A DNA stretch of 64,000 nt from Octopus bimaculoides (taxonomy: Eukaryota). The notes under the pieces were generated by a model. That model saw nothing but the letters and a program-made list of their open reading frames with translations. It made no database searches and was not told where the DNA came from. Shown in pieces: positions 11,470 through 23,930 of the stretch. Positions within the stretch are counted from its first letter, which is position 1, and every line of letters starts with the position of its first letter. The position numbers and the translations under genes were made by a program. The stretch lies in the NCBI RefSeq assembly GCF_001194135.2, contig NC_068995.1, forward strand, positions 31,087,224-31,151,223. Direction: 5' to 3'.

Positions 11470-14200
11470 TTCCAATCACATAAATGTCAATATTGATTAG
11501 TATTGATAATGCTCAAATGATATCTACACACAAGAGAATCTCTTAACAATAAATTCTAATTAGTATGGAACATTTCAAATACTTAATAACTCAGACAAAT
11601 TGTAACATTTTTCAAAAATGACAAACATTAGCAAAGTATGATAAATACCAGCTGAAAAGAAAGAATTGTTTAAATTTGAAAATTCCAACATTTCAAAAAT
11701 CTTCAAGATCAACAATTTTAATAGAATGATTATGGGTAATTGTGGTATATCCAGGACCATGGGGGTTAAAGAAAGTGGACGGTGTGCAGTGATTATTTGT
11801 GACATGTCTTAAGGGGTGGGCATCATAAGAAATTGTGTGTGGTGCAGCGTGATATTGACAAATTGTGATAAGTCTCAATATCTCAAGATCACAGACATTA
11901 CAGATTATAAGAATATAGGACAAATTCAAGTATTTCTTAGAATTATAGAAATTTTCAATTTTATAAAAAGGTCCAGGGTCATGAAAAATTGAAAATTTCC
12001 ACATTTCAAAGAATTCTACAACAGAGATGGTAAAATGAAGTTTATCAATACAAACATGAAAATGAGAAAATATAACTTGTAAAACGATAAAAGGAAGAAA
12101 ATAACTGTGAAAATAATATCAAAGTATTGTAAAAGCTTGAAAACTGAGAGTGCTAGAATGTTCTGTTTTTATATCAATGTAAAGTTCTGGAAACTGAATT
12201 AAAATTTCTAAAATCAATTACAATATTTTTGGAACTTATTCTGGTTGAAAATGAGGAAATTTTAAAACTTTTAAGAAGTTCAGAGTCAATAAGACTTCAA
12301 CAAAATAAATTTCATTTAAAAATTTCTATTGTTGATTGTGGTATAAGAGACATCATGAAACAGAGATCTAATTCATTATCTGGTTTATCAGCTGCACTTG
12401 GTCCTTGGGTGTCTTTGTAATTATTCAAACCAGGCTCTGTCTTATATCATAACACTGGTTGTGGAACTTTGTTATTTTTTCAAACCTGTCTCAGAGGACA
12501 CCATTTTTTTATGAGTTTGAATAATTCTAACATGTCTGGTAATATGAACTTTAGAAATGGTGAGCAAATAAGATATATTTTTAAAACGATGATAACTTTA
12601 AAATTCTCTGAAAATAAGAAAAGAGTTTGGAAATATTAAAAAAATTTTTTTGTTTTTTAAAATGTTTTTTAAAATCTTCACATTGAATTTAAAGCTTATC
12701 AAATACACAGAACCAGATTGGCATACAACCAATTAATAAAAATATCAGAGCAATTACAATTTATACTCATTTCTTTATTGCCCACAAGGGGCTAAACATA
12801 GAGGGAACAAACAAGGACAGACGAACGGATTGAGTAGATTACATCGACCCCAGTGCGTAACTGGTACTTAATTTATCGACCCCGAAAGGATGAAAGTCGA
12901 CCTCGGCAGAATTTGAACTCAGAACGTAACGACAGATGAAATACCGCTAAGCATTTCGCCCGGCGTGCTAATTAGGAAATGACACCAAATATAAAATGTC
13001 TTTTGACTTAAGATCATATAAGTTGGTGGCTTGAACATTATCACAAATCAGGAATAATTGAAATTGAAAATATCTTAGACTAATAGTTTTTCTTTGTAGA
13101 GAAATTTACAAATTTTCACAAGTTGAATATCATGAATAGTAAAAAGTGTGACATACCAGATTGTAACTTAGAAAACTGTAAAATAAAAAATAGTAAAATA
13201 CAAGATTTAGGTCATATACATCTGGGATACACATAGTTATGGTATATGACAGTGTGATATACAAAATTGGGACATACAAAAGTATAACATACAGGGTTGT
13301 GATATACAAAATCAGGACATACAAGATTATGGAATGCAAGATTGCAACATACAAAATTCTAACATATAATATAATTCTAAAATGATCAATTTTAATGTTG
13401 ACAAAATCAATACAAGAGTAGATAAGCCTGGGTTGAAGAAAATTAGAAATACCAACAATTTCCTCTATTTTTGACATTATTTAAGAATATTTGCAAATTC
13501 TAACATCTCTAGTGTCATCAACATTGAAGATTTTCTCATGGGAAAGAAGTTGTCAATGTTAAATTCTAATTGATACACAGTCACAGAAAATGGTAAATTC
13601 CAGTACATCTGTGCTCTTTAAATATTATTTGGGAATCAAAAGTAATTTTTCCAAACTGCCACATGTCTAAAAATATGGTGGATTGACAGAGTTTGTGGAG
13701 CATCCAATAAAAGGTGATAAAATGTGTCATCATATTTATTCTCAGCATCCTTCGTTCAAATCTTGGCAAGATTAACATTGCCTTTCATCGTTCCAGAATC
13801 AGTAAAGTACCAGTCACATACTGAGGTTGATTCTTTTGATTATGCTCCTCTGTGAGAAGGTCATGGGAAACCATTCGCAGAGTTTGTGAGATCAGAAAGG
13901 GTTGATGACCCTACTGACATAACTCTCCAGACAACTTGGGTAAAACAACCATACTCTAAGAGTTATTGCTACTGCTGCAGCTGATGAAGATGATGATGTC
14001 ACATCTAAAGCAATGAAACTAAAAAAAATTTGGCATGCCAAAAAATATCAAGACTATTGACTTGAAGAAGTGCCAGTTACCAAAAGTGGATCAATTCTGG
14101 AAACTGAAAAATTTTAACTTTTTTTTAAATTGAGATTTTCTAAAAACAAATCTTGAATTGTCAAAATTCAATATTTTGGCATTAAAGAGTTGAAGAATAT
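11470..14200 (+). pseudogene. Fossil intronless AT-rich ORF with LRR-like and pentapeptide repeats, interrupted by SINEs
   Basis: Near-open + frames at 11645-11989 (115 codons, 1 stop) and 12157-12639 (161 codons, 1 stop), plus ~13100-13560 and 14032-14121 (IKTIDLKKCQLPKVDQFWKLKIL); 15 nt periodic repeat. No homolog identified. Confidence 0.4.
12764..12972 (-). mobile_element. Young tRNA-derived SINE (second family)
   Basis: Reverse complement reads ...gcacgccgggcgaaatgcttagcggtatttc...gagttcaaattctgccgaggtcgactttcatcc...; decayed copies at ~2265, 8815, 9440, 13735, 41820, 43830-45095, 57320 and 61845. Confidence 0.8.
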
Positions 14201-15485
14201 TATTGATTTCTTACACTAAGAGAGGGATGTGTGTGACATTCTTAGATTAACTTGAATGTTATGTTAATAACAAAATTATGAAAGAAGGGAAATGAACTGA
14301 CAAGGGGTACCTCTACATAGTCACTAGACCTACTAGAAATCACTGAATTTCCCTCAAAAACACAACTTACCAGCTTAAATTAGGATACACTGGACAATGT
14401 ATACAAAAAGATCTAATCATCATGGCTGGAATACCTTTGATTACAGACTTGCTTAATCAGGGTTGACTTGGAATCAAACAACAATAACAAACCAACTTGA
14501 GATGTCCTATATAGTTACTTGCCCACTGGCTCAGTGTGGATGTTGCAATACTTCTTTCAATTCTCTTCTTTTCTACAGAAAATTTACTAATTACATCTTC
14601 ACATCACTTCAATGAATTTTTATTTACAGTGTCATTGAGAAGAGATGGTCACAATATGTGCTAGAAACTGCAGACAAATCTCTGTCAAATATCACCCTAT
14701 TATCTTAACAAAAAGAAGCAAACATAAAACAAGGTATCTCTAAATTTATAGAAAGATAATATGATAATTTCTTTGATCACCATTCAAGTTGGTTTGTTGT
14801 TGTTGTTTAATTCCAAGTCAACCCTGATTAAGCAGGTCTGTAATCAAAGCTATTCCAGCCATGATGATTACATCTTTTTATATACATTGTCCAGTTAAAC
14901 CCTGGGGCAACAACACTTATTGTCTCTGCCACTCCAACAGTAGTTTCATGTTGGGGTGGATTTTACTTGAACATTTTGTACCATTCATGATAACACCTGA
15001 TGTCACAAGAAGGCAAGACCAAATCGTCAAGCACTGTCAACACCACATTCATCTGCCTACCCATATATGTAGAGCTATATGAAATTGTTTGATCACAAAA
15101 ACGTCTCTCCCAATGTGTGTTTGGCCAGTATGGACTGGTATAGAAAAGCTGGTAATGGCATGTTGAAGCATTCATCCAAACATGTCAATAATGTACCATT
15201 ATCTCCAGGATAACAGGAGGTTTCTTAGGGAAAATAATCTTGCATTAGTAAATATACTCTAGAGTATATTAGGGTTCTGTCTCACCCCCTGATTACAAGA
15301 AGCTGCACTAAATTATATAATTAAACCAAAGTGAATGAAAGCACTTGTTAATTTCATTATGAAACAATTGTTTGGTAATCATTTCAATGTGCATTTTTAC
15401 CTGAAAACAGATTTTAAAAATAAAATCAAAGCAAGAAAACAACAACAACATCCATCCAATGATCTAGCTATTTGTCTAATATACA

Positions 15486-16555
15486 CAGTGTGTTTAGGCT
15501 AAATTTGATGAATTTTGTGTTGCCGTTTTTTCAGGACTAGCTTGATGCATTGGTGAACAGTCAACGGTGTTGGAGAGCATAAAGATTAAAGCTGTAGTTG
15601 AGAAAAGGTTAACAGAAATGGAGGATTGGAAGCCATTTGAATATTAGAGAAGAATTACCTGTATCATGATGATTCACACTGTTTATCAAAATGCTGACAT
15701 CATGACTGCTGCTCAATGCTTTGTGAACATTGTAAAGGATGAAAGGTATGACATGGACAGATGCAATGGAGATTATGGAGCATTGGCCTGCAGGAAGGGA
15801 TGCAACAGATGAGTGCATCTGCATGCCAGAATTTATCCAACAACAGCAGGACAAGATGATGGAAGATCTGATCAAGGGAATTTGTGGCCCAGAACAACAG
15901 GTGGCTTGCTTACAATCCATGTGTTGTCCCACGTATCACGGAAATCAAATTCCCCCAAACTGTGATGATAGTCTTTGGGTGTGTCTCCAGTGAGGGTGAT
16001 ATCATGCCACCCCACATCTTTGAACAAACCTTAGGCTCAATTCAGACGATAATCTGAAGCTGTTAGAGACTAGAGTGAAACCTTGGCAGGAGGTGGTTGC
16101 TGCTTGAAGGCCATATGTGTAGCAGCAAGATTTGGTTCCCTGCCACACTTCCAGAAAGAGTCAGAAGTGATTGTTGGAGAATTTCTATGAGCTCACCAGC
16201 CCCAACTTATAGCCTCCTAATTCCTTGTAATTCTGGCCTCATAATTACTATGTGTAGGGTGAAGTTGAGAAAGACACCAACTGCAATGCCTACAACAAAA
16301 AAGGCCAAGCTGATGGTTAAGATCAAGGAGGTGTTCAAAGATCTTCCTAAGGACACAGTGAGAAACACATGTGCCGGGTTCTGGAGCCTTCTTGAGGCTG
16401 TGCTGGAAGCTGAGGGCAGCAACTTTAAATAAATTGTTATCTCCAAGCTATAATCTAGCTAATATTTTTTTGATTTCTTAAAATGTGTTTATTTTTAGAT
16501 GGGATATATTGTTTTCTTTTCCATTTATGTAAACCATCAAATTTAGCCCAAATAC

Positions 16556-16559
<4 letters not shown>
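15486..16559 (+). mobile_element. Decayed, internally deleted Tc1/mariner element of maT (DD37D)-like type
   Basis: Fragments KFPQTVM.FGCVSSEGDIMPPHIF, QQD..PCHTS, PPNS...P..YYV and FKDLPKDTVRNTC; imperfect TIRs sharing the core ggctaaatttgatg. Confidence 0.8.
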
Positions 16560-16607
<48 letters not shown>

Positions 16608-16975
16608 CATTCACATACTGGTGCAAATGTAGGTGTGTGTTTAAGAAGTTCGCTGCACAACCTTGTGTTTCAGGCTCAATCTTGCTGCACATCATCTTGG
16701 GAGGTTATCTTCTACTGCAGTCTTTGGTTGACCAACACCTTCTCAGCAGAATTTGTTTGATTGAAACTGTAGAGGTATGTTATATATATCTATTTGTTTG
16801 TATGAAAGTGTGTATTTATACATGTGTGCGTGTGTGTGTGTGTGCATACATACAGGCTTGTGCTTACTACCATTCTTGGGCTGGTTCTGAAAATTTACAA
16901 GAAATATACTTAATACACATACATGAAGCTTGAAAAAAGGAGATACTATAAAACAAATTAGCATAAATAAATATA

Positions 16976-17504
16976 TTGGGCCATCCCAGAAATAATGCAA
17001 TTTTTTTATACTACTTTCATTATTCAAAATTAAGATAAAGTTACTTTTCAATCTAAAATATACTCCCCATCTTCTACAATGCTCTTCCATCTATCTGGTA
17101 GACTTGCAAGGCCCCTCTTCTGAAATTCACTTGTTTGTGATGAAAAACACTCCCCCAGTACTGTTCTGTCCTCGTCTACAGAATTCATATTTTTTCCATC
17201 CAAATGATTTTGAAGACTGCAGAATAGATGATAATCAGACAGGGCAATGCCAGGCGAATATGGTGGGTGGGGCATCATTTCCCATTTAAACTGTTCCAGC
17301 CTTTGAAATGTCATCCTTGCTGTATGTGGCCGAGCATTATCCTGATGGAAGAACACCTTTCGTCTCGGAACCAAAGATGGACGTTTTTCTTCTAGTACGG
17401 ACTTAAGCCTCTCAAGCTGCATGAAGTAGATATCCTTTGTTATCATTTGGTTTGGGTTTAAAAGTTCAAAGAGGACTAAACCTTTCATTTAGGGGATGAT
17501 CCTA
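16976..17504 (-). mobile_element. Non-autonomous mariner derivative (DD34D transposase C-terminus between TIR remnants)
   Basis: 146 aa ORF with FHQDNARPH, HPPYSPGIALSDYHLF and LPDRW; termini ttgggccatccc / gggatgatccta flanked by TA. Confidence 0.9.
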
Positions 17505-20303
17505 TATATATGTGCTATTGAAGGTTGGTCTTGTGGCAGAATTGATTTGAAGAAACAAACAAAATAGTTTGCTTGTGGGATTTTAGTAATATATCATCAC
17601 ACTCTACAGACGTTGGGACTCACAAGGACCTACAAATATTGGGACTCGCAGAGAGGATGCCAAACAGATGGAGATAGAACAGCCCTTCAGCTGGTCAGCT
17701 CCTGTCAAATTGTCCAACACATGCCTGCATGGGAAACAGACATTGAATGATGATGACTCTCCGGGGTTAAATTTGCTTTTTTCCTTCTAGGTTTGATGAA
17801 ACAAAGTACTAATCATGTATTGGGATTGATTTACTTAACTCTGTCCTCTCCCATCTGTGTCATTGTTGTACAATCCTGTGCTTCCACATGTGGGGCTGTC
17901 TGTTAACCTTATCCTCCTCTTTCTGTGTCCCCCTATACTCAAAATCATTCATCACCAACAACACTGACCTCTTATGCCTTTCCCATTCCTGCCATCAAAA
18001 CTGCTCCAGATCCTTAAACCAAGGTACCACATAAAACGTATTGGTGTGGGTGTTGGTGCCATGAAAAAAGCACCTAGTACACTCTGTAAATGGCTGACAT
18101 TAAGAAGGGCAGCCAGCTGTAGAAACCAAGCCAAAACAGACTATGGAACCTAGTGCAGCCCCTAGCCTTGCCATTTCCTGTCAAGCAATCCAACATGGAT
18201 TACTTGCATGGAGAATAGATGTTAAATGTTGATGACAATAACACTGTCGCATATTAATATACTGTAACCAACACACACTCCATACAGTTCTATGTACAAG
18301 TCAGTGTGTGTGTGTGTGTGTGTGTGTGCGTCTATGTACCAAAACATATTTCCTTACATATAAACATGTACAACATTTCCACCTTAATCTTAGCATATTC
18401 ATAACATTTTACAGCAAAAAATCTTTTTTACTTCCGAACATATTTCCTCTTAGTTGGAGGAAATCTAAATGGAGGAAACATTTTTTTCTCTCTCTCTATC
18501 TTTATCCACCCACACACAAATATACAACCACGAGGTAATAAAGGAGGTGGCTGCTTGTATATATAAAAAAAAAGAAGTCAAAATGCTTCCCACTCAAAAA
18601 AGGAGAGCAAGTTAACAAAGGGAAACAACTTTGAAACAGGTTTAAAGAGTAATATAAGGGAGATAACTGCTTAAGATAAATTTTTATCTTCAATAAATCT
18701 AAGAAAGAAGAGAGAGTTCCTTAACTAGCCAGAGTTAGTGACATTGATTCAGTTCCCCATTAGGGACATTTCTCTTCAAATACACAGCTTTTCACAAAAA
18801 TATTTTGTTTGTTTTTATTATGGTTTAATCAGGAATAAATGGGTTGTCCCGATGACCTTGGAAAGCTCTGCAACATGTGCAAGACTAATGTGGTTGATGT
18901 TCATCTGAAATATATGTAAACTAGACACTTCAGCACGACCAACATTGTTTAAACAGACCTGCTTCCCTAAACAATTATTCTCTTGAGAGATCGGAATTGT
19001 GTAGTGACAGTCAAAGGTCACCTTAATCATGACTTTACAATCGGTTAAATGTCCTCTAACTCTATTGAAATTTATTTTAGTTCTAAAGGAATGGGGAACT
19101 TCACATAAATCTAAAACTCATCAAAATTTTGTAAAACAAAAACTGTTCAGTTAGGAGCAGGTTTATAGGTAGATGTAACAGGCATGTTTCTGTCTTGTTA
19201 GAGCTCATCAAGGAAACATTCATATCAGTTGGTAACCCTTCCCAACCACATTGTTTCAGGTTCAGTCCCACAGCATGGCACCTTGTGCAAGTGTCTTCTA
19301 CTATGGTTCCAGGCTGACCAAAGCTTTGATAACCCAAAATACATGTGCGTGTGTTTGTGAGAGAGAGAGAGAGATTTTGTATTTTTCTCTTGTCTATCAC
19401 TGGTTGTAAACATTGGCTTTACTAATAGTATCATTTGCTTGCAGTCCCACAAAACTATATTCAGGCTTCTTCGTTGGCAAGAAATAGATTTTATCAAGAA
19501 TACTTTTTCAGTTTCACCATTAACATAAAAAAAAAAAAATTCCAGCTTTATATTGTTAAACTCTGTAAAAAACAACAGATTGCCCCATCATTTTGGGTTC
19601 CTTTTCTTTGATATCTACTATTAATATTTCTGTCCCTAGATTATTGACTTTGGTTACTATAAGGTTGAAGCAGGTTGTGTCTAAGTAATTTATATGACTA
19701 AGATTGTTGATTTTCATCTATGTGCCCTTTTTTCATGCCAGGTACATCTGTTGAGGTTGATGCTTGAAATCGTTTGCAAGGTTATCACAATACTGAAGCC
19801 AAAGCTGGAACAGACTGGATGAGTCAGAGTCATAACAGGATGGTAAAAATAACTCAGAGCTTCTTGGATGTTTCAGACAGAGAAGCTGCTTTCTGTTACA
19901 TTTCATCAGGCATCGTTCTCCCTCAAACCATGTATAAAGCCTCTTTTGCTCCCACTCTCTCACAACTCACTATTGACTATTTGAAGATCTTGAAATGAAC
20001 TTAAACCTTGGACTTTAAGGAGAGAAGTCATAAGAAGAAGCATTTCTGTTGATTGGCATACATGGAATACTCTCTTACATTGACAATGTCAAGATTTGAT
20101 GTTGAGCTGGTTTTCAACAGAGGCTCCTTGCCTTCTTTGTCTCTATCACTTCTGGTTCCATGTATTTGTATGACAGCACCTGATGATACAACAATGGTTT
20201 TGTAAAGGGATTCTACTGGCACAGCTTGAAAAAAGGCTGTAACCATATTGTCACTTGGGCATCGTTTTTGTTGTTTCAGTAAGGTAAACCCATTGGCTAT
20301 TAA

Positions 20304-20555
20304 CACCAGAAGGACCAGAATGTGTCAATTGATGCAAAGATGTTTTTTCAATTTGAAAGGAAAAGTGGGGAGGGGTAAAAAAACCTTTATTATAGGCGCA
20401 GGCGTGACAGTGTGGTAAAAAGCTTGCTTCCCAACCACATGGTTCTGGGTTCAGTCCCACTACATGGCACCTTGGGTAAGTGTTTTCTACTATAGCTTCT
20501 GGACAACCAAAGCCTTGTGAGTGGATTTGGTAGACAGAAACTGAAAGAAGCCTGT

Positions 20556-20597
<42 letters not shown>

Positions 20598-20643
20598 GTA
20601 NNNNNNNNNNGGATTTGGTAGACAGAAACTGAAAGAAGCCTGT

Positions 20644-20685
<42 letters not shown>

Positions 20686-21913
20686 GTATATATATATATG
20701 TATATATATGTTTGTCTGTGTTTGACCCCCCCACCATCACTTGACAACCGATGTTGGTGTGTTTATTTCCCCTGTAACTTAACAGTTTCGCAAAAGAGAC
20801 CAATAGAATAAGTACTAGGCTTACAAAGAATAAGTCCTGGGGTTGATTCGTTTGACCAAAGGCGGTGTTCCAGCATGGCCACTGAAACAAGAACAAAAGA
20901 ATAAATGTATAAATCTATTGAATTTTATGACTTCAAGCTGATATTAGTTGCAATAGTTACATACTTTGAAACAAATTTATTGAAATTCTAAACATTCCTC
21001 ACAATGTTTTAGTGCACATTTGCCACACAGAGGTTTTTTACAGACTCTATACATTTCTGTGACTCTGTTTCAGCATTTTGTTTTCACACATGTACATCTG
21101 ACTTTATTTCTAGAGGTAGATGTTTCCTCGATTAGACATTTGGTAGTACATGAATAACAATGAGGTGAATCGCCACAAAGTTCTTCAGTAACTTTTTGAA
21201 TATATTCCAGTCAACTAATGAATGAGTTGTAAACACTTGTGTATATTACCCAGCTGTTTATAAGAGCAACATCCAAAATATTATGAAGACCATGCATTCG
21301 TCATTGTCTTCTGCTTGCTTTAGCTGAATAAAGCCTTGCCATTTGGTCAAGCACGTCTACGCCTCCCTTATGTTTGTAATAAAAAAGTCTGGTGTTAGGC
21401 TTCTTCCTGATGTTATTTTCAGGAAGAACTTCTACAAATTGATGTAAGGTACTCAAAACAAAAACAGATTTTGATTTTTTGCACTGGTATGAGATAAATG
21501 TGACAGTAGGCTTCTCTTTGGCTTTCAAAACCACAGTTTCATGGACTGGTTTCACCTGTTTTACTACTCCTGTTAATTTCCTTCCATTCTGACTAAACTG
21601 CAGTTTTGTTTTGTGAGCTGTAAAGTCCATGCAATTACTGAATATCTAAAATGGTGTCACATGTATGTATAAAAAAAGCAGGTGCAATTTTCAAAAGTTG
21701 CCAGTGTGTCAATTGATGCATGTGGTCCTTATAGGCAGTATGCACTTTATGTTTTTTACAGGTGGTGCAAACAACCTATAATTTATAGTGTTTATAGATG
21801 TTATAAAACTATGAAAAGTCAAGCATCATGATGTCAAAATCTACAATTATTTTAGAATTGTGTGCAATTAAGATTTCAAAATGCATTCATTAACACACTC
21901 GGTCTTTCTAGTG
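20304..21913 (-). mobile_element. Deleted piggyBac (PGBD4-like) element with a nested SINE
   Basis: TTAA|caccagaaggacc ... ggtctttctagtg|TTAA; transposase remnant at ~20960-21630 (SYQCKKSKSVFVLSTLH, KGGVDVLDQMARLYS, NILDVALINSWVIY, Cys-rich tail). Confidence 0.88.
20395..20905 (+). mobile_element. Abundant tRNA-derived SINE with internal (TA/TG)n (third family)
   Basis: ggcgcaggcgtgacagtgtggtaaaaagcttgcttcccaaccacatggttctgggttcagtcccac...cagcatggcc..aaacaag; other copies at ~10620, 19230, 24122, 28245, 33810, 36015, 45560, 51235 and 56880 (+), and ~25575, 30500, 54115, 55640, 58490 and 59920 (-). Confidence 0.85.
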
Positions 21914-21919
21914 TTAAGT

Positions 21920-22500
21920 AAGTGGGCAGCAAGTTGTTGAATGCTGAAGTATCTTGATGAATGGGAAAGATGAAAAAGCCTAATGCAGATGCATTGTCCC
22001 AGATGGAATTAGGCTAACTTTATCAGAGCAAACATTGCAGTGTCAGATCCCTCAATGACATATTTGTAGACATATTGGATGGATTTTACTGAACTGTAAG
22101 AACTTCAAAACTGTGTGTATGAATTAAATGTGTTGGTCAGAACTAGGCTGCAGGGACCTATCTGGCTGCTGTCAGTTTGTGCCATCCAACTAAGGTTTGG
22201 AAACCTTCATCTTCTGGTGATCTTCTTTTCCAAGACATAGTCATCTTCACCTATTTAAGTTCCATTGACAAATAAAACCCATGTATTGTGTGTATCCTTT
22301 TCCCATGCAAAGTAAATTCTTATTAAGGGCAAACTAAAGAGCCCTTTCACATTGCAAAGTTCTGGGAGCTCAGCATATATTATGAAATTAACTTGATCAA
22401 GAACAGAACCTATGGCAAGTCCTCTTTTCCCATGCCACTAATGATAAAAAACATTTGTAGCCAATTTCTGGTAAAGAAGACTAAATTTGATTGATTCTAG
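21920..22500 (+). mobile_element. Possible very old Ty3/gypsy pol remnant
   Basis: Only a PNADALSQ motif (compare gypsy NxxADALSR) in heavily interrupted frames. Confidence 0.25.
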
Positions 22501-23032
22501 TTTGATTTCATATCTATTAAATTTGACTTTCTTCTTAATATGAAATTATCTGGATACTCATTGTTGATGAAGATACATTTACACACACACACCATACAGA
22601 ACATATATGATATATATATATACACAAAAATGCAGAAAGCAAGGTATATAAATAATTTGCATTATATAATATATCTAATAACCAATTTCCCCTTCCTGTA
22701 GCTATTTATGTCCTTTTGTCTATATACCCTCTGGTTAAACTGTTTGGTTTCCTTCATGTTTTAAACCACACACAGATGCACATACACTCACACATGTATA
22801 TGCACTTGCAGAGCACCATCTGAACATGGCCGATGCCAGTCCCCTCTGGCCCCTGTGCTGGTGGCACGTAAAAAGCACCCACTACACTCTCGGAGTGGTT
22901 AGTGTTAGGAAAGGCATGCAGCTGTAGAAACATCGCCAGGTCAGACTGGTGCAGCCTCCTGGCTTTCCAGACCCTAGTCGAACCATCCAACGCATGCCAG
23001 CATGGAAAACGGACGTTAAACGATGATGATGA

Positions 23033-23065
<33 letters not shown>

Positions 23066-23474
23066 GATCAGATATATACATACATACACACAGACATTAA
23101 TCTATGAATAGAAAATTCTTATATTTCATAGTCTTGATATTGGTTTTATAAATTTTCTTCAAACTTTTTAGACTTATTCATCTAATTCTCCATGCATCAG
23201 CCATATTGCATTGACACACACAAATGTGTGTGTGTGTATATGTGTGTACGTACATATATATGTATGTATGTGTGCACATATATGCATGAGTGTTCACATA
23301 AAACACATGCTACCTATTCATACATACACGTTTAATCACACACACTCATCTATTCTCTCTGCAGAAGAGCATGCACTCAAAAAACAGACTTCTCTTTCTA
23401 TTTTACCTGAGCAATAATCTAATACACTGCTTGTTTTTTTAACTTGTCTTCATGTTATTTATAAAATATATATA

Positions 23475-23505
<31 letters not shown>

Positions 23506-23689
23506 ACACATATTTATATGTATACATTTACTCTAATTTTATTTACATTTCTTGTTGTTTGTACCACCAACCACCACCACCGCTACTTTTCACTTTATTT
23601 ATGTGTGCGTGTTGCAGCTCTAAGTTATTTACAGTTTGTGTTTATGATATAGAAATTAAAATAGCACGGTTGTAATTGTGGGGTTCATG

Positions 23690-23930
23690 ATGGTGGTTTT
23701 GTTATGGTGATGGTAATGATAGTACTGCTGTTGCTGCTGGTAGCAGAATGGTTCACAAGAATGGGAGGGATGATTGTTGTAGCCATGGTGGTGGTGATAT
23801 TATTGATGATGGTGATAATGGTGGTGGTGGTGGTAATGATGGTGGTGGTGACAGTAGTATTGATGGTGGTGGTAGTGAGGGGGTGATGATGACGATGCTG
23901 ATTGATGAAGATGATAATGATGATGACAAA
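23690..23930. repeat. Low-complexity (GGT/GAT)n tract
   Basis: Directly visible trinucleotide-derived repeat. Confidence 0.9.

Noticed and set aside
14963-15062. Candidate SMYD exon 1 (MNVVLTVLDDLVLPSCDIR...), phase-2 donors available
   Set aside because: Poor acceptor, no CxxC with MYND spacing and no SET N-terminal motif.
19741-19998. Plus-strand frame with a single TGA (possible selenocysteine)
   Set aside because: No selenoprotein motif or SECIS recognised; likely chance.
20523-20690. Duplicated SINE segment around a 10-N gap
   Set aside because: Same assembly artefact at a microsatellite.
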